Shown here one piece after another: positions 38,873 to 45,748 of a DNA stretch of 45,748 bases. The notes under the pieces were generated by a model. The model ran no database searches and was not told the origin of the DNA. It saw nothing but the letters and a program-made list of their open reading frames with translations. How positions within the stretch are numbered: the first letter of the stretch is position 1; each line of letters starts with the position of its first letter. A program made the translations under genes and the position numbers. The stretch covers positions 1-45,748 of the forward strand of contig JBFFCR010000001.1 in NCBI GenBank assembly GCA_041559855.1, written 5' to 3'. The stretch is from Anaerolineae bacterium (lineage in GTDB: Bacteria > Chloroflexota > Anaerolineae > JAAYZQ01).

Positions 38873-40207
38873 GCCAGCCTGCTCGCGAATCTCGGAAAGG
38901 CGTCTGGCAAGCTCCACGCGCCCGCTCCCCGTCAGATCGTTTTCGATCAGCTCCATGAACTCGAGCATCCGATCGTCAATCCTCTCCCGATTCGCCTCAA
39001 GCAGGTCTCGGGTACCATCTGGGTACTCGGCAGTCAGTAGGCTATTGATGAACTGGACCTCGGGCGGCTGGCCCTCTTGGATCAGCCTCATCAAGAGATC
39101 TCCCAGTTGATTCAGCTTCTGCACCCTTTCGGCATTGCCCTGCTGCTCGGCAGCTTGAAGGTTCTGTGCGACGGCGTCCAGGAAGAGCTCGTCAATCTGC
39201 CCGATGTGTGAGCGCACTGACTCCTCAAGATCATCACTATCGAGCACCTGCATCAGGAGTTGATTGGCCTGTTCTCTCGCGCGCTGTATTTCGGCATCCA
39301 CCTCAGCGGTCAAATCGAGAACGCGCTCGCGCAACGCCCTGAGCCTGCCTGCACGCTCTGTATTGCAGGCCTCTTCTTCTGCCTCGATACGCTCGGTCAG
39401 TTGCTGGTAAAAGACATAGTCAATGACAGGGCGAGCAAAGGCAACCATGGTGTCAACCTTGATCTCCTCACCCGCCTCGGTAGCCTCGATTAGCTTCTCC
39501 AATAGCCCCTCACGGGAGGTTTCCGCCCCAAGTTCCCGGATGGCATCTTCACGGACTGCGACCTCACGACCAGTCGCAGTCCACTCGAGCAGTTGCCCTC
39601 GTAACTCAAGAAGTTGCCGCACAGCCTCCTCCTGTGCGTTTGCCTGGGCGCGATCGATGTTGAGTGTGAGGAGCTCGAAGAACTCGTAGTCGAGCTGATC
39701 GCCGCTATCCTGTACGATTGCGCGACGCGAATCCTCTGACTGCGCACGCAAGAGGCGATCGAGGAGGTCAACCTTGGCCATTTGGGCTTCCAGCATCTCC
39801 GGCGTGATTCCATCCGCCTGGAGAACGGCCTCGACCATCCCCTCGAAACGGAGAAAGCTCTGAGGACGGAGCAGGTAGCCCCTGCGCCCCTCAGGAGGGA
39901 GTGAGGACATCACACGATTGGTGAGATCGCCAATGATGCGCTGCTGCTCCACATCAGGCAACCCCAATTCAGCAGGCACAAAGGTGAAAAGCAACTCCTT
40001 GTGTGGATCGTGGTACACTAGAGGAAGGCTCAGCATACCAGCATGACCGCACTGAGGACAGACAGCGACATTAAGCCTTCCCGCAAGGAACATGGCCTTG
40101 GCTTCAGGAACTTGGCCGACATCGATAATCGACAGCACGGGACTCACAAAGCGGTTGCTACAGCTTGGGCAGGTGACAGGGACTGTCTGATACGCAGGCG
40201 TATTCAA
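38858..40207 (-). CDS. CpXC-domain protein with a long acidic helical C-terminal region
   Basis: The N-terminus VTCPSCSNRFVSPVLSIIDVG...VAVCPQCGHAGMLSLPLVYHDPHKELLFTFVP contains two CxxC pairs in a CpXC-like arrangement. About 330 aa of Glu/Leu/Arg-rich helix follow. I prefer a TTG start at 40207 with AAAGGA upstream, after the upstream stop at 40221. The track ATG at 40273 would overlap the PHP gene by 53 nt. Confidence 0.7.
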   Translation of the reverse strand: MNTPAYQTVPVTCPSCSNRFVSPVLSIIDVGQVPEAKAMFLAGRLNVAVCPQCGHAGMLSLPLVYHDPHKELLFTFVPAELGLPDVEQQRIIGDLTNRVMSSLPPEGRRGYLLRPQSFLRFEGMVEAVLQADGITPEMLEAQMAKVDLLDRLLRAQSEDSRRAIVQDSGDQLDYEFFELLTLNIDRAQANAQEEAVRQLLELRGQLLEWTATGREVAVREDAIRELGAETSREGLLEKLIEATEAGEEIKVDTMVAFARPVIDYVFYQQLTERIEAEEEACNTERAGRLRALRERVLDLTAEVDAEIQRAREQANQLLMQVLDSDDLEESVRSHIGQIDELFLDAVAQNLQAAEQQGNAERVQKLNQLGDLLMRLIQEGQPPEVQFINSLLTAEYPDGTRDLLEANRERIDDRMLEFMELIENDLTGSGRVELARRLSEIREQAGSVRG

Positions 40208-40220
40208 GGTGCGGGTCCTT

Positions 40221-40910
40221 TCAGGTGATTCTTGCAGAGGTTCGGAGGGCGCGCGACACCAGATTCCATGCATTCGAGACTAGTGCCGTCTCCGCTTCAT
40301 CAGGCGTGAGACCAGCGCCCAAGGCCACGAGTCGGGCAAGGGCCTGGTCCAGAAAGTCTGCGGGGGTGTGCGCATCGGTATTTACTACGAGTCTTACACC
40401 CACAGCTCGGGCAACCCGAGCAACATGGCCGTTGGTGATGTTGTGCCCCCCGCGCGCCGTCAGTTCTAGTGTTATGCCGTTCGCGGCAGCGAGACTAGCC
40501 TCTTCCTCGGTGATGAAGCCAGGGTGGGCCAGAACGTCTACATCCAGGCACTCAACGGCGGCCCTGTTGGTTCCGGGCGCCACGGGCTCTACCGGCGATT
40601 CGCCATGCACAACGACCAGGCAGGCCCCAAGTGCACGAGCGCGCCGCGCCAACTCAGGGATCTGATCAGGAGGCACATGCGTGAGCTCGACGCCGGGGAT
40701 GAGGGTCACGCTGAATCCGAGAGCATCTTTGCGAGAAAAGCGCGTGAGTTTCGCAATCAGACTGTCCAGATTGGAACCATCGGCGTGGTCCGTGATGGCC
40801 AGTGCCCCATATCCGAGCACTTCCACGCGGCGCAGCATTTCGCTGGGCAGTAGGGCACCATCACTGAAGAATGAATGAGTGTGCAGATCTACACGCTTTT
40901 CCTTGTCCAT
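40221..40910 (-). CDS. PHP-domain (histidinol-phosphatase-like) metal-dependent phosphoesterase
   Basis: PHP His/Asp motifs appear in order in MDKEKRVDLHTHSFFSDGALLPSEML...ALAITDHAD...VVVHGESP...VLAHPG...VNTDAHTP. Confidence 0.85.
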   Translation of the reverse strand: MDKEKRVDLHTHSFFSDGALLPSEMLRRVEVLGYGALAITDHADGSNLDSLIAKLTRFSRKDALGFSVTLIPGVELTHVPPDQIPELARRARALGACLVVVHGESPVEPVAPGTNRAAVECLDVDVLAHPGFITEEEASLAAANGITLELTARGGHNITNGHVARVARAVGVRLVVNTDAHTPADFLDQALARLVALGAGLTPDEAETALVSNAWNLVSRALRTSARIT

Positions 40911-40919
40911 GGCGCGGCA

Positions 40920-40948
40920 AGTTTAGGCCAGAAGATCCGATCTGTCAA
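40920..40948 (-). promoter_or_regulatory. Sigma-70-like promoter for the PHP/CpXC unit (TTGACA-17-TAAACT), leaderless or near-leaderless
   Basis: On the minus strand, TTGACA lies at the complement of 40943-40948, followed by a 17-nt spacer and TAAACT at the complement of 40920-40925. The ATG at 40910 begins 10 nt after the -10 element and has no Shine-Dalgarno (tgccgcgcc). Confidence 0.5.
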
Positions 40949-41019
40949 GTTGCAGTAAGGACCAGGTAGCCCATGAGGAGAGGATGCCACGGCCAGGGCG
41001 AGACCTTTGCGCACGGGTC

Positions 41020-42528
41020 CTACCCTGGCACCGTCGACCCAATGAACGCTGCGAGGTCGCCCTTGAGCGCGGCGAGGGATCCTTCATGTATGTACATCAT
41101 GTGGCCCGCTTCATAGTGCTTCATTGATACGTTTTCCCGCAAGCTCTTGTCCAGTTGCATATGATCGAAAGTGTAGCGAGTGGCAAGATACGGAGTGGCC
41201 AGATCGTAGTAGCCGTTGGCTACAAAGACACGGAGGAACGGGTTCTTGGACATGGCTTGGCGAAGCGTCTCCGCCACATTGACGTACTGGTTCTGATGCT
41301 CCCCATAGCTCCACGGGCGGACCCTGTCTGTGAGGATCTCGTAGGGCAGGTCACTCTCGAAGCCTAGTTCTACACGTACGTAGTCGTTCAGGGTAGCTGT
41401 GTACGCACCCTGGATGGTGGCATAACTGGGATCGTATTCGTAATGCTCCCCTGCAGCATCGCGGTCGACGCCTGTGAATCGGGTGTCAAGGCGTCCGACC
41501 GTTCGACGCTTATCACGTAGAAGCTCTTTGACGAATCTGCCAATCCTGATCCTGAGATTTGTCCGCTCCACATACTCTCGGGACAGCCCGGTGTAATGCG
41601 CAATCCTGTCGGCGATCTTTTCACGTTCGTCATCGGGGAGCGAGTCTCCCTGCATCATGGCCAACGCATAGTCACCCAGTGCAAAGGCCTCCGCCTCTGC
41701 CAAGCACGCGAACAGGTCTCTCTGCTGCAGGTCTTCCGCAAGTTTGCGATGGTACCAAGCAGTTGCCGTATAGGTCGGTAGGAAGAGGATGTGTGGCAGA
41801 TCATTGCCAGGGGTGAAGCTGATTGTCTGGAAATCGAGGACCGTCGATATCAGCATGATGCCATTTAGGTACAGGCCATGTCGATCCTGAAGGTAGCCGG
41901 ATAACCCGGCCGCCCGCGTCGTCCCGTAGCTCTCGCCGATTAAGAACTTGGGAGATGACCAGCGTTGAAAGCGTGTTGCATACAGTCGGACGAAATCGCC
42001 TACAGCTTCTATGTCTCTCTTAAAGTCGTGGAATCGAGATGCCTTCTCGCCCTCGACGGCTCGGCTGTATCCCGTGCTGACGGGGTCTATGAACACCAGG
42101 TCGGTGACATCCAAGAGGGAGTGGAGATTGTCCTCCAGCCTGTAGGGCGGAGGCAGAGGCTGATCGCTTGTGTCAGTCACTCGCACGCGACGAGGTCCAA
42201 GAAGACCCAGGTGCAACCAGACGGAAGACGATCCCGGACCCCCGTTGAAAGAAAACGTGATCGGGCGGTTACTCACAGACGCCGGCTCCTCCGCATCCGC
42301 GTCGTAGGTTTTTGTGTAGGATACGAAAAAGATGGAGGCTTGGGGCTTCTCACCCTCTGTTGTCTTATCCTCCGACTCAGCTTCCTCTGTCAGGACCATC
42401 GTGCCGGCCCGAGCCACATAGTTGATGCGTTGGCCACCGATTTCGACAGTGTGTCGCGTCTCTGACAACTGATCTGTCGGTGCGGCGCCGGTGGTCTCCT
42501 TTTTGGATTCGTTTTCCTGTGCCATCAC
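41020..42528 (-). CDS. Peptidase S10 family serine carboxypeptidase
   Basis: Motifs are ITFSFNGGPGSSSVWLHLGLLGP, FLIGESYGTTRA (nucleophile Ser) and a C-terminal HYEAGHMMY (catalytic His region). The product is 502 aa. Confidence 0.85.
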   Translation of the reverse strand: MMAQENESKKETTGAAPTDQLSETRHTVEIGGQRINYVARAGTMVLTEEAESEDKTTEGEKPQASIFFVSYTKTYDADAEEPASVSNRPITFSFNGGPGSSSVWLHLGLLGPRRVRVTDTSDQPLPPPYRLEDNLHSLLDVTDLVFIDPVSTGYSRAVEGEKASRFHDFKRDIEAVGDFVRLYATRFQRWSSPKFLIGESYGTTRAAGLSGYLQDRHGLYLNGIMLISTVLDFQTISFTPGNDLPHILFLPTYTATAWYHRKLAEDLQQRDLFACLAEAEAFALGDYALAMMQGDSLPDDEREKIADRIAHYTGLSREYVERTNLRIRIGRFVKELLRDKRRTVGRLDTRFTGVDRDAAGEHYEYDPSYATIQGAYTATLNDYVRVELGFESDLPYEILTDRVRPWSYGEHQNQYVNVAETLRQAMSKNPFLRVFVANGYYDLATPYLATRYTFDHMQLDKSLRENVSMKHYEAGHMMYIHEGSLAALKGDLAAFIGSTVPG

Positions 42529-42629
42529 GCCCTCCCCGTTCTATGTCAGGTTCTACCGATCTTGGCAGAGCAACAGAGAAGCGGACTTGTCGCGCTCGCT
42601 AGGATCTGTACGGCCCTATACACGCAACG

Positions 42630-44747
42630 TCACGCTGTGGGTACCGCCGGGAGGGTGAAGTAGAACTCGCAGCCCTCACCCGGATGTCCACTGCTCTCAA
42701 CGCCAACCTGCCCCCCTAATCGCTTCACGATTCGCTGAACTATAGACAGGCCCAGGCCATGGCCGTGGGCACGCACCTCGTGGAGCCGCTCAAAAGGGGT
42801 AAACAGGCGTGCCTGCTCCTCGGCAGAAAGACCCGGTCCGTTGTCGCGCACCCAGAACCGGATCCAGCCGTCAGCATGAACGGTCGAGCCCAGCTCGGCT
42901 ATGGGCGGATCACCGCCGTACTTTAGGGCGTTGTTCACATAGTTGACCCAAACTGCCTCGACCCAAGGGCCATATCCCATGGCCACCGGCCACTGGTCAG
43001 GTAACACGATTTCTGCTTGGTGTTCCTCAATCAAGTGCAGCAGACGGCCCCGAGCTTCAGCTACGATCCGTCCCATTTCCAAGGGGTGCATTTCCAACTT
43101 GCCCATCCCACGCACGCTGGACAGTAGCAACAACTCATCGATGATGGAGGCCATCTTGCCGGCGTTGCGCGTGATGACATCCAGGAAGTCTACACGCACC
43201 TCTTCCCGCAATGCTGCGTAGTTGCGTTTGAGGACGTCGGCATAGCCGACGACAGAGCTAACCGGGTTCTTCAGATCGTGGGCTACGGTGTGCGCGAACG
43301 CATCCAACTCGGCATTTCGCGCCTCCAACTCCCCCGTATGCTGCCTCAATATCTCCTCTGCCTGTACCCGCTCGGTAAGCTCCTTCTGAACACGCTCGTA
43401 CAGTCTTGCTTGGCGGATTGTCACTGCCAGCGAGGCCGCTACTTCCACGGCAATGGCAATGTGCTCTGCCGTAAACGCTCTCGGTTCAGTCGCCTCCAAG
43501 ATCAGTGTACCCACGAGCTCCGATTGGATGAACAAAGGCACCGCCACATAGGAACGCACACCTTCTTCGAACAGAGAGCTCTGCAGTAGCGTTCTCGAAG
43601 GCACGGCACCGAGATCCTCGCAGCCTTGAACCAGGCCTGTGCCCAGGGGACGTTCCTCGAGTACCTCCTGATAGGCCTCTACATCCGTTGCTGTGCTGGC
43701 TTCGGTGCTGTAGGCTGCGGCCAGCAGGCTGGTCTGGCCGTTCTCTCCAAAGGACAGCACCATGACGCGCCAGGAGGGAATCAGTCTCCTAAGCCGGGAT
43801 ATGGCTGCCACAGCCACCGTCTCAGGCAATTGGGCGGCCAGAACAGACTGATCAATCTCGTGCAGTATCTCCAGGCGGTCCATGTAGTTGCGCAGCGCTT
43901 CCTCAGCTCGTTTTCGCTCTGTGATGTCCTCCTTTATGGCGACAAAGTGGCTCATTCGTCCGGTCGGATCGGTTACAGGGGCGATCGATGTCTGCTCCCA
44001 ATAGAGTGAGCCGTCTTTGCGCCTGTTCTGGAACTCGCCATGCCATTGCTCTCCTGAGGAGATAGTCTCCCAAAGGTCCTTGTAGAAGGCGTCACTCTGT
44101 AAACCGGACTTGAGAATACTAGGATTCTTGCCCAGGACCTCGCTGGTCGAGTAGCCAGTCACTTCTGTAAACTTGGGGTTTACATACTCGATGCTTCCTT
44201 TCAGGTCGGTGATCACAACAATGTTGGCGCTCTGCTCAATGGCATATGAGAACTTGGCCAACTGAGTGCTCGTTTCCTCAAAGCGACGTTGATATTCCCG
44301 CAATAGCTCCTCGGTGAGCACATAGTCACTGATGTCTTCGATGATGCCCTGGATCGTGACAGGTCCACACTGACAGCCGACCACCGGGATCAGGCACAGG
44401 CGCAGGTAGGCGCTCTTTCCCTGTGCGCTGACGAAAGGCCGGTCTTCGGTGATCACCTCACCTGACTCCAGGCACCGCTGCACATCATCAGCAATGCCTG
44501 CTTCGATGAAGGGCTGAAAGCTCATCATGTTGATGTTGCCTGTTGCTTCGGCAGACGAGATTCCCAGCATCGACAACAGGGCTGGATTTGCCTCGAGCAG
44601 ATCACCTTTAGAGTTCAGCGCAAAAACACCCTGAGGCAGGCTTTCCAGGAGGAGTTCGTACCTGTCTGCTAGTCCGGCTTCCGTGTCTCCAACGATTCCA
44701 GCCCCAGTCTTGGGAGAGTTTGTAGGCATGGCCTCTATCCTTTGCAT
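42630..44747 (-). CDS. PAS/PAC-PAS-GAF sensor histidine kinase (HisKA + HATPase_c)
   Basis: The PAS/PAC part reads NPKFTEVTGYSTSEVLGKNPSILKSG...WHGEFQNRRKDGSLYWEQTSIAPV. A GAF-like region follows. The H-box is FAHTVAHDLKNPV and the ATPase has NNALKYG...DNGPGL...GHGLGLSIV. I moved the start to M38 (44747), or possibly M44 (44729), because the predicted promoter lies inside the track extension. Confidence 0.88.
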   Translation of the reverse strand: MQRIEAMPTNSPKTGAGIVGDTEAGLADRYELLLESLPQGVFALNSKGDLLEANPALLSMLGISSAEATGNINMMSFQPFIEAGIADDVQRCLESGEVITEDRPFVSAQGKSAYLRLCLIPVVGCQCGPVTIQGIIEDISDYVLTEELLREYQRRFEETSTQLAKFSYAIEQSANIVVITDLKGSIEYVNPKFTEVTGYSTSEVLGKNPSILKSGLQSDAFYKDLWETISSGEQWHGEFQNRRKDGSLYWEQTSIAPVTDPTGRMSHFVAIKEDITERKRAEEALRNYMDRLEILHEIDQSVLAAQLPETVAVAAISRLRRLIPSWRVMVLSFGENGQTSLLAAAYSTEASTATDVEAYQEVLEERPLGTGLVQGCEDLGAVPSRTLLQSSLFEEGVRSYVAVPLFIQSELVGTLILEATEPRAFTAEHIAIAVEVAASLAVTIRQARLYERVQKELTERVQAEEILRQHTGELEARNAELDAFAHTVAHDLKNPVSSVVGYADVLKRNYAALREEVRVDFLDVITRNAGKMASIIDELLLLSSVRGMGKLEMHPLEMGRIVAEARGRLLHLIEEHQAEIVLPDQWPVAMGYGPWVEAVWVNYVNNALKYGGDPPIAELGSTVHADGWIRFWVRDNGPGLSAEEQARLFTPFERLHEVRAHGHGLGLSIVQRIVKRLGGQVGVESSGHPGEGCEFYFTLPAVPTA

Positions 44748-44784
44748 AGCTCCAGCGTGCGCTCGTTCGCGCTTCGCATATACC

Positions 44785-44813
44785 AGTATATAACCACTGG
44801 GCTGGCCCGTCAA
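44785..44813 (-). promoter_or_regulatory. Sigma-70-like promoter for the PAS-GAF kinase (TTGACG-17-TATACT)
   Basis: On the minus strand, TTGACG lies at the complement of 44808-44813, followed by a 17-nt spacer and TATACT at the complement of 44785-44790. Confidence 0.55.
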
Positions 44814-44900
44814 GATGTGCGTGCTCCCGTTGCACGAATGAGCATACGCCCACTGCATTCATGCGGGAAGCGGTGGTGATCGCGGGCAAGGATCGAGCTC

Positions 44901-44929
44901 TTGACAGAAGGCTGGACAGCGACTACAAT
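44901..44929 (+). promoter_or_regulatory. Sigma-70-like promoter for the HD-domain gene (TTGACA-17-TACAAT)
   Basis: TTGACA is at 44901-44906, followed by a 17-nt spacer and TACAAT at 44924-44929. It lies inside the track ORF extension that begins at 44861. Confidence 0.55.
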
Positions 44930-45010
44930 TACCGGCGTCCGCGTCGTTGTGGGAAGAAGCTACGCCCGGCAGCGCAACTCGAATGCCGTCTTCAAGTCGA
45001 GGGTATCTGT

Positions 45011-45592
45011 ATGGAAGAGACCTATGAGGCATGCATTGCTCTGGGACGCCGATACGGATTCGAAGAGGAGCATAGTCGCCAAGATGCCCGTCTGGCGGTA
45101 CGCCTGTTCGATCTCACGGCGGATCTGCACCAGCTGGAAAGTGAGTATCGGGATCTGCTGTTCTGCGCTGGCCTGTTGCATGACATCGGCTATGCTGAGG
45201 GGTATATGGGCCACCACAAGACGGCCTATCGACTGATCATGGCAGCTGACTTCCCTGGTCTGTCGGAGCGTGACAAACGGATCATCGCGAACGTAGCCCG
45301 TTACCATCGCGGTGCATTGCCCAAGCTCTTGCACAAAGGCTTTGCGGCCCTGGATCCTGACGATCGGGAGCTTGTTGAGGTGCTGGGCGCGCTGCTCCGA
45401 CTGGCTGACGGTTTGGATCGCGGCCACGCGTGCGCCGTCCACGATCTAGACGCGTGGCTTGACGGAGACCGGCTAGTGGTGCTCGTGGACTGCCCATTTG
45501 GGTGTGGCTCGGAGGTCTGGGCAGGCGAGAAGAAAGGTCGCTTCCTTGGTCAAGTCCTTGACGTTCGTGTGGCTGTGCGCGAGCGCCTCTAA
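45011..45592 (+). CDS. HD-domain protein (Ppx/GppA C-terminal HD-like)
   Basis: I place the start at MEETYEACIALGRRYGFEEEHSRQDARLAVRLFD. Further sequence reads LLFCAGLLHDIGYAEGYMGHHKTAYRLI...RIIANVARYHRGALPK. This is typical of the HD module that follows the Ppx/GppA ATPase domains, here standing alone. Confidence 0.75.
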   Translation: MEETYEACIALGRRYGFEEEHSRQDARLAVRLFDLTADLHQLESEYRDLLFCAGLLHDIGYAEGYMGHHKTAYRLIMAADFPGLSERDKRIIANVARYHRGALPKLLHKGFAALDPDDRELVEVLGALLRLADGLDRGHACAVHDLDAWLDGDRLVVLVDCPFGCGSEVWAGEKKGRFLGQVLDVRVAVRERL

Positions 45593-45612
45593 ATGTTGAG
45601 GGCCGGAGCGAA

Positions 45613-45641
45613 TTGCCATATCATCCCTTCTATGGTACACT
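45613..45641 (+). promoter_or_regulatory. Sigma-70-like promoter for the buk-like gene (TTGCCA-17-TACACT)
   Basis: TTGCCA is at 45613-45618, followed by a 17-nt spacer and TACACT at 45636-45641. Confidence 0.5.
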
Positions 45642-45688
45642 GGTCCACGTCGAACGCGCCCGCAACGGGGCACGCGCAGAGGAGACAC

Positions 45689-45748
45689 ATGCACCGCCTG
45701 CTAGTCATCAACCCAGGTTCAACATCAACCAAGGTTGCCGTCTATGAA
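45689..45748 (+). CDS. buk: Butyrate kinase-like (ASKHA acyl-kinase), N-terminal 20 codons only
   Basis: MHRLLVINPGSTSTKVAVYE follows an AGAGGAG Shine-Dalgarno. The INPGSTSTK motif is the butyrate-kinase form of the phosphate-1 motif; acetate kinases usually have LNCGSSS. The fragment is very short. Confidence 0.6.
   Translation, partial: MHRLLVINPGSTSTKVAVYE

Noticed and set aside
1-45748. Whether the window is a genomic island, prophage or defence island
   Set aside because: I saw no integrase, transposase, phage structural genes, tRNA attachment site, flanking direct repeats or known defence genes. Housekeeping genes are spread throughout, and I judged composition only by eye. The baseplate-J-like label at 17935-19467 stands alone, without any other phage gene.

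Overview
This is a 45.7-kb, roughly 60% GC, densely coding bacterial chromosomal segment. I call about 36 CDS. I saw no rRNA, tRNA, CRISPR array, transposase or integrase, so it does not look like a mobile island. The gene repertoire, the Pro/Thr-rich linkers and the very regular sigma-70-like promoters would fit a Chloroflexota-like organism, but that is a guess I cannot verify.

Content falls into three groups:
- Housekeeping genes: argF, a eukaryote-type tandem pfk, alaS, ruvX, mltG, trmFO, pdp, and partial genes for a corrinoid protein and buk at the two edges.
- Signalling genes: an 1880-aa double-propeller/4xGAF/NarL-type histidine kinase, a PAS-GAF histidine kinase, and a Hanks Ser/Thr kinase divergent from an FHA-winged-helix regulator.
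- Envelope genes: a membrane-anchored GH3, an S10 carboxypeptidase and a GT4 glycosyltransferase.

The most unusual locus is a tightly packed same-strand six-gene cluster at 26149-32721. It encodes a class I SAM methyltransferase translationally coupled to a fused HgcA-HgcB-like membrane corrinoid/ferredoxin protein. These are followed by two ABC-2-type ATPases and two long HlyD-type adaptors, with no ABC permease gene in the cluster.

Other points worth a second look:
- An FtsA-like ATPase and a membrane protein are inserted into the conserved alaS-ruvX-mltG block.
- The pfk C-terminal half carries eukaryote-like regulatory-half substitutions.
- A nitrilase-superfamily protein has Gly in place of the catalytic Cys.
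- GACAAGA repeats lie in the kinase/FHA-regulator control region.
- About thirteen near-consensus promoters, mostly with exact 17-nt spacers, correct several ORF-track start sites and predict two leaderless mRNAs.

All functional calls come from reading motifs by eye. No database search was run.
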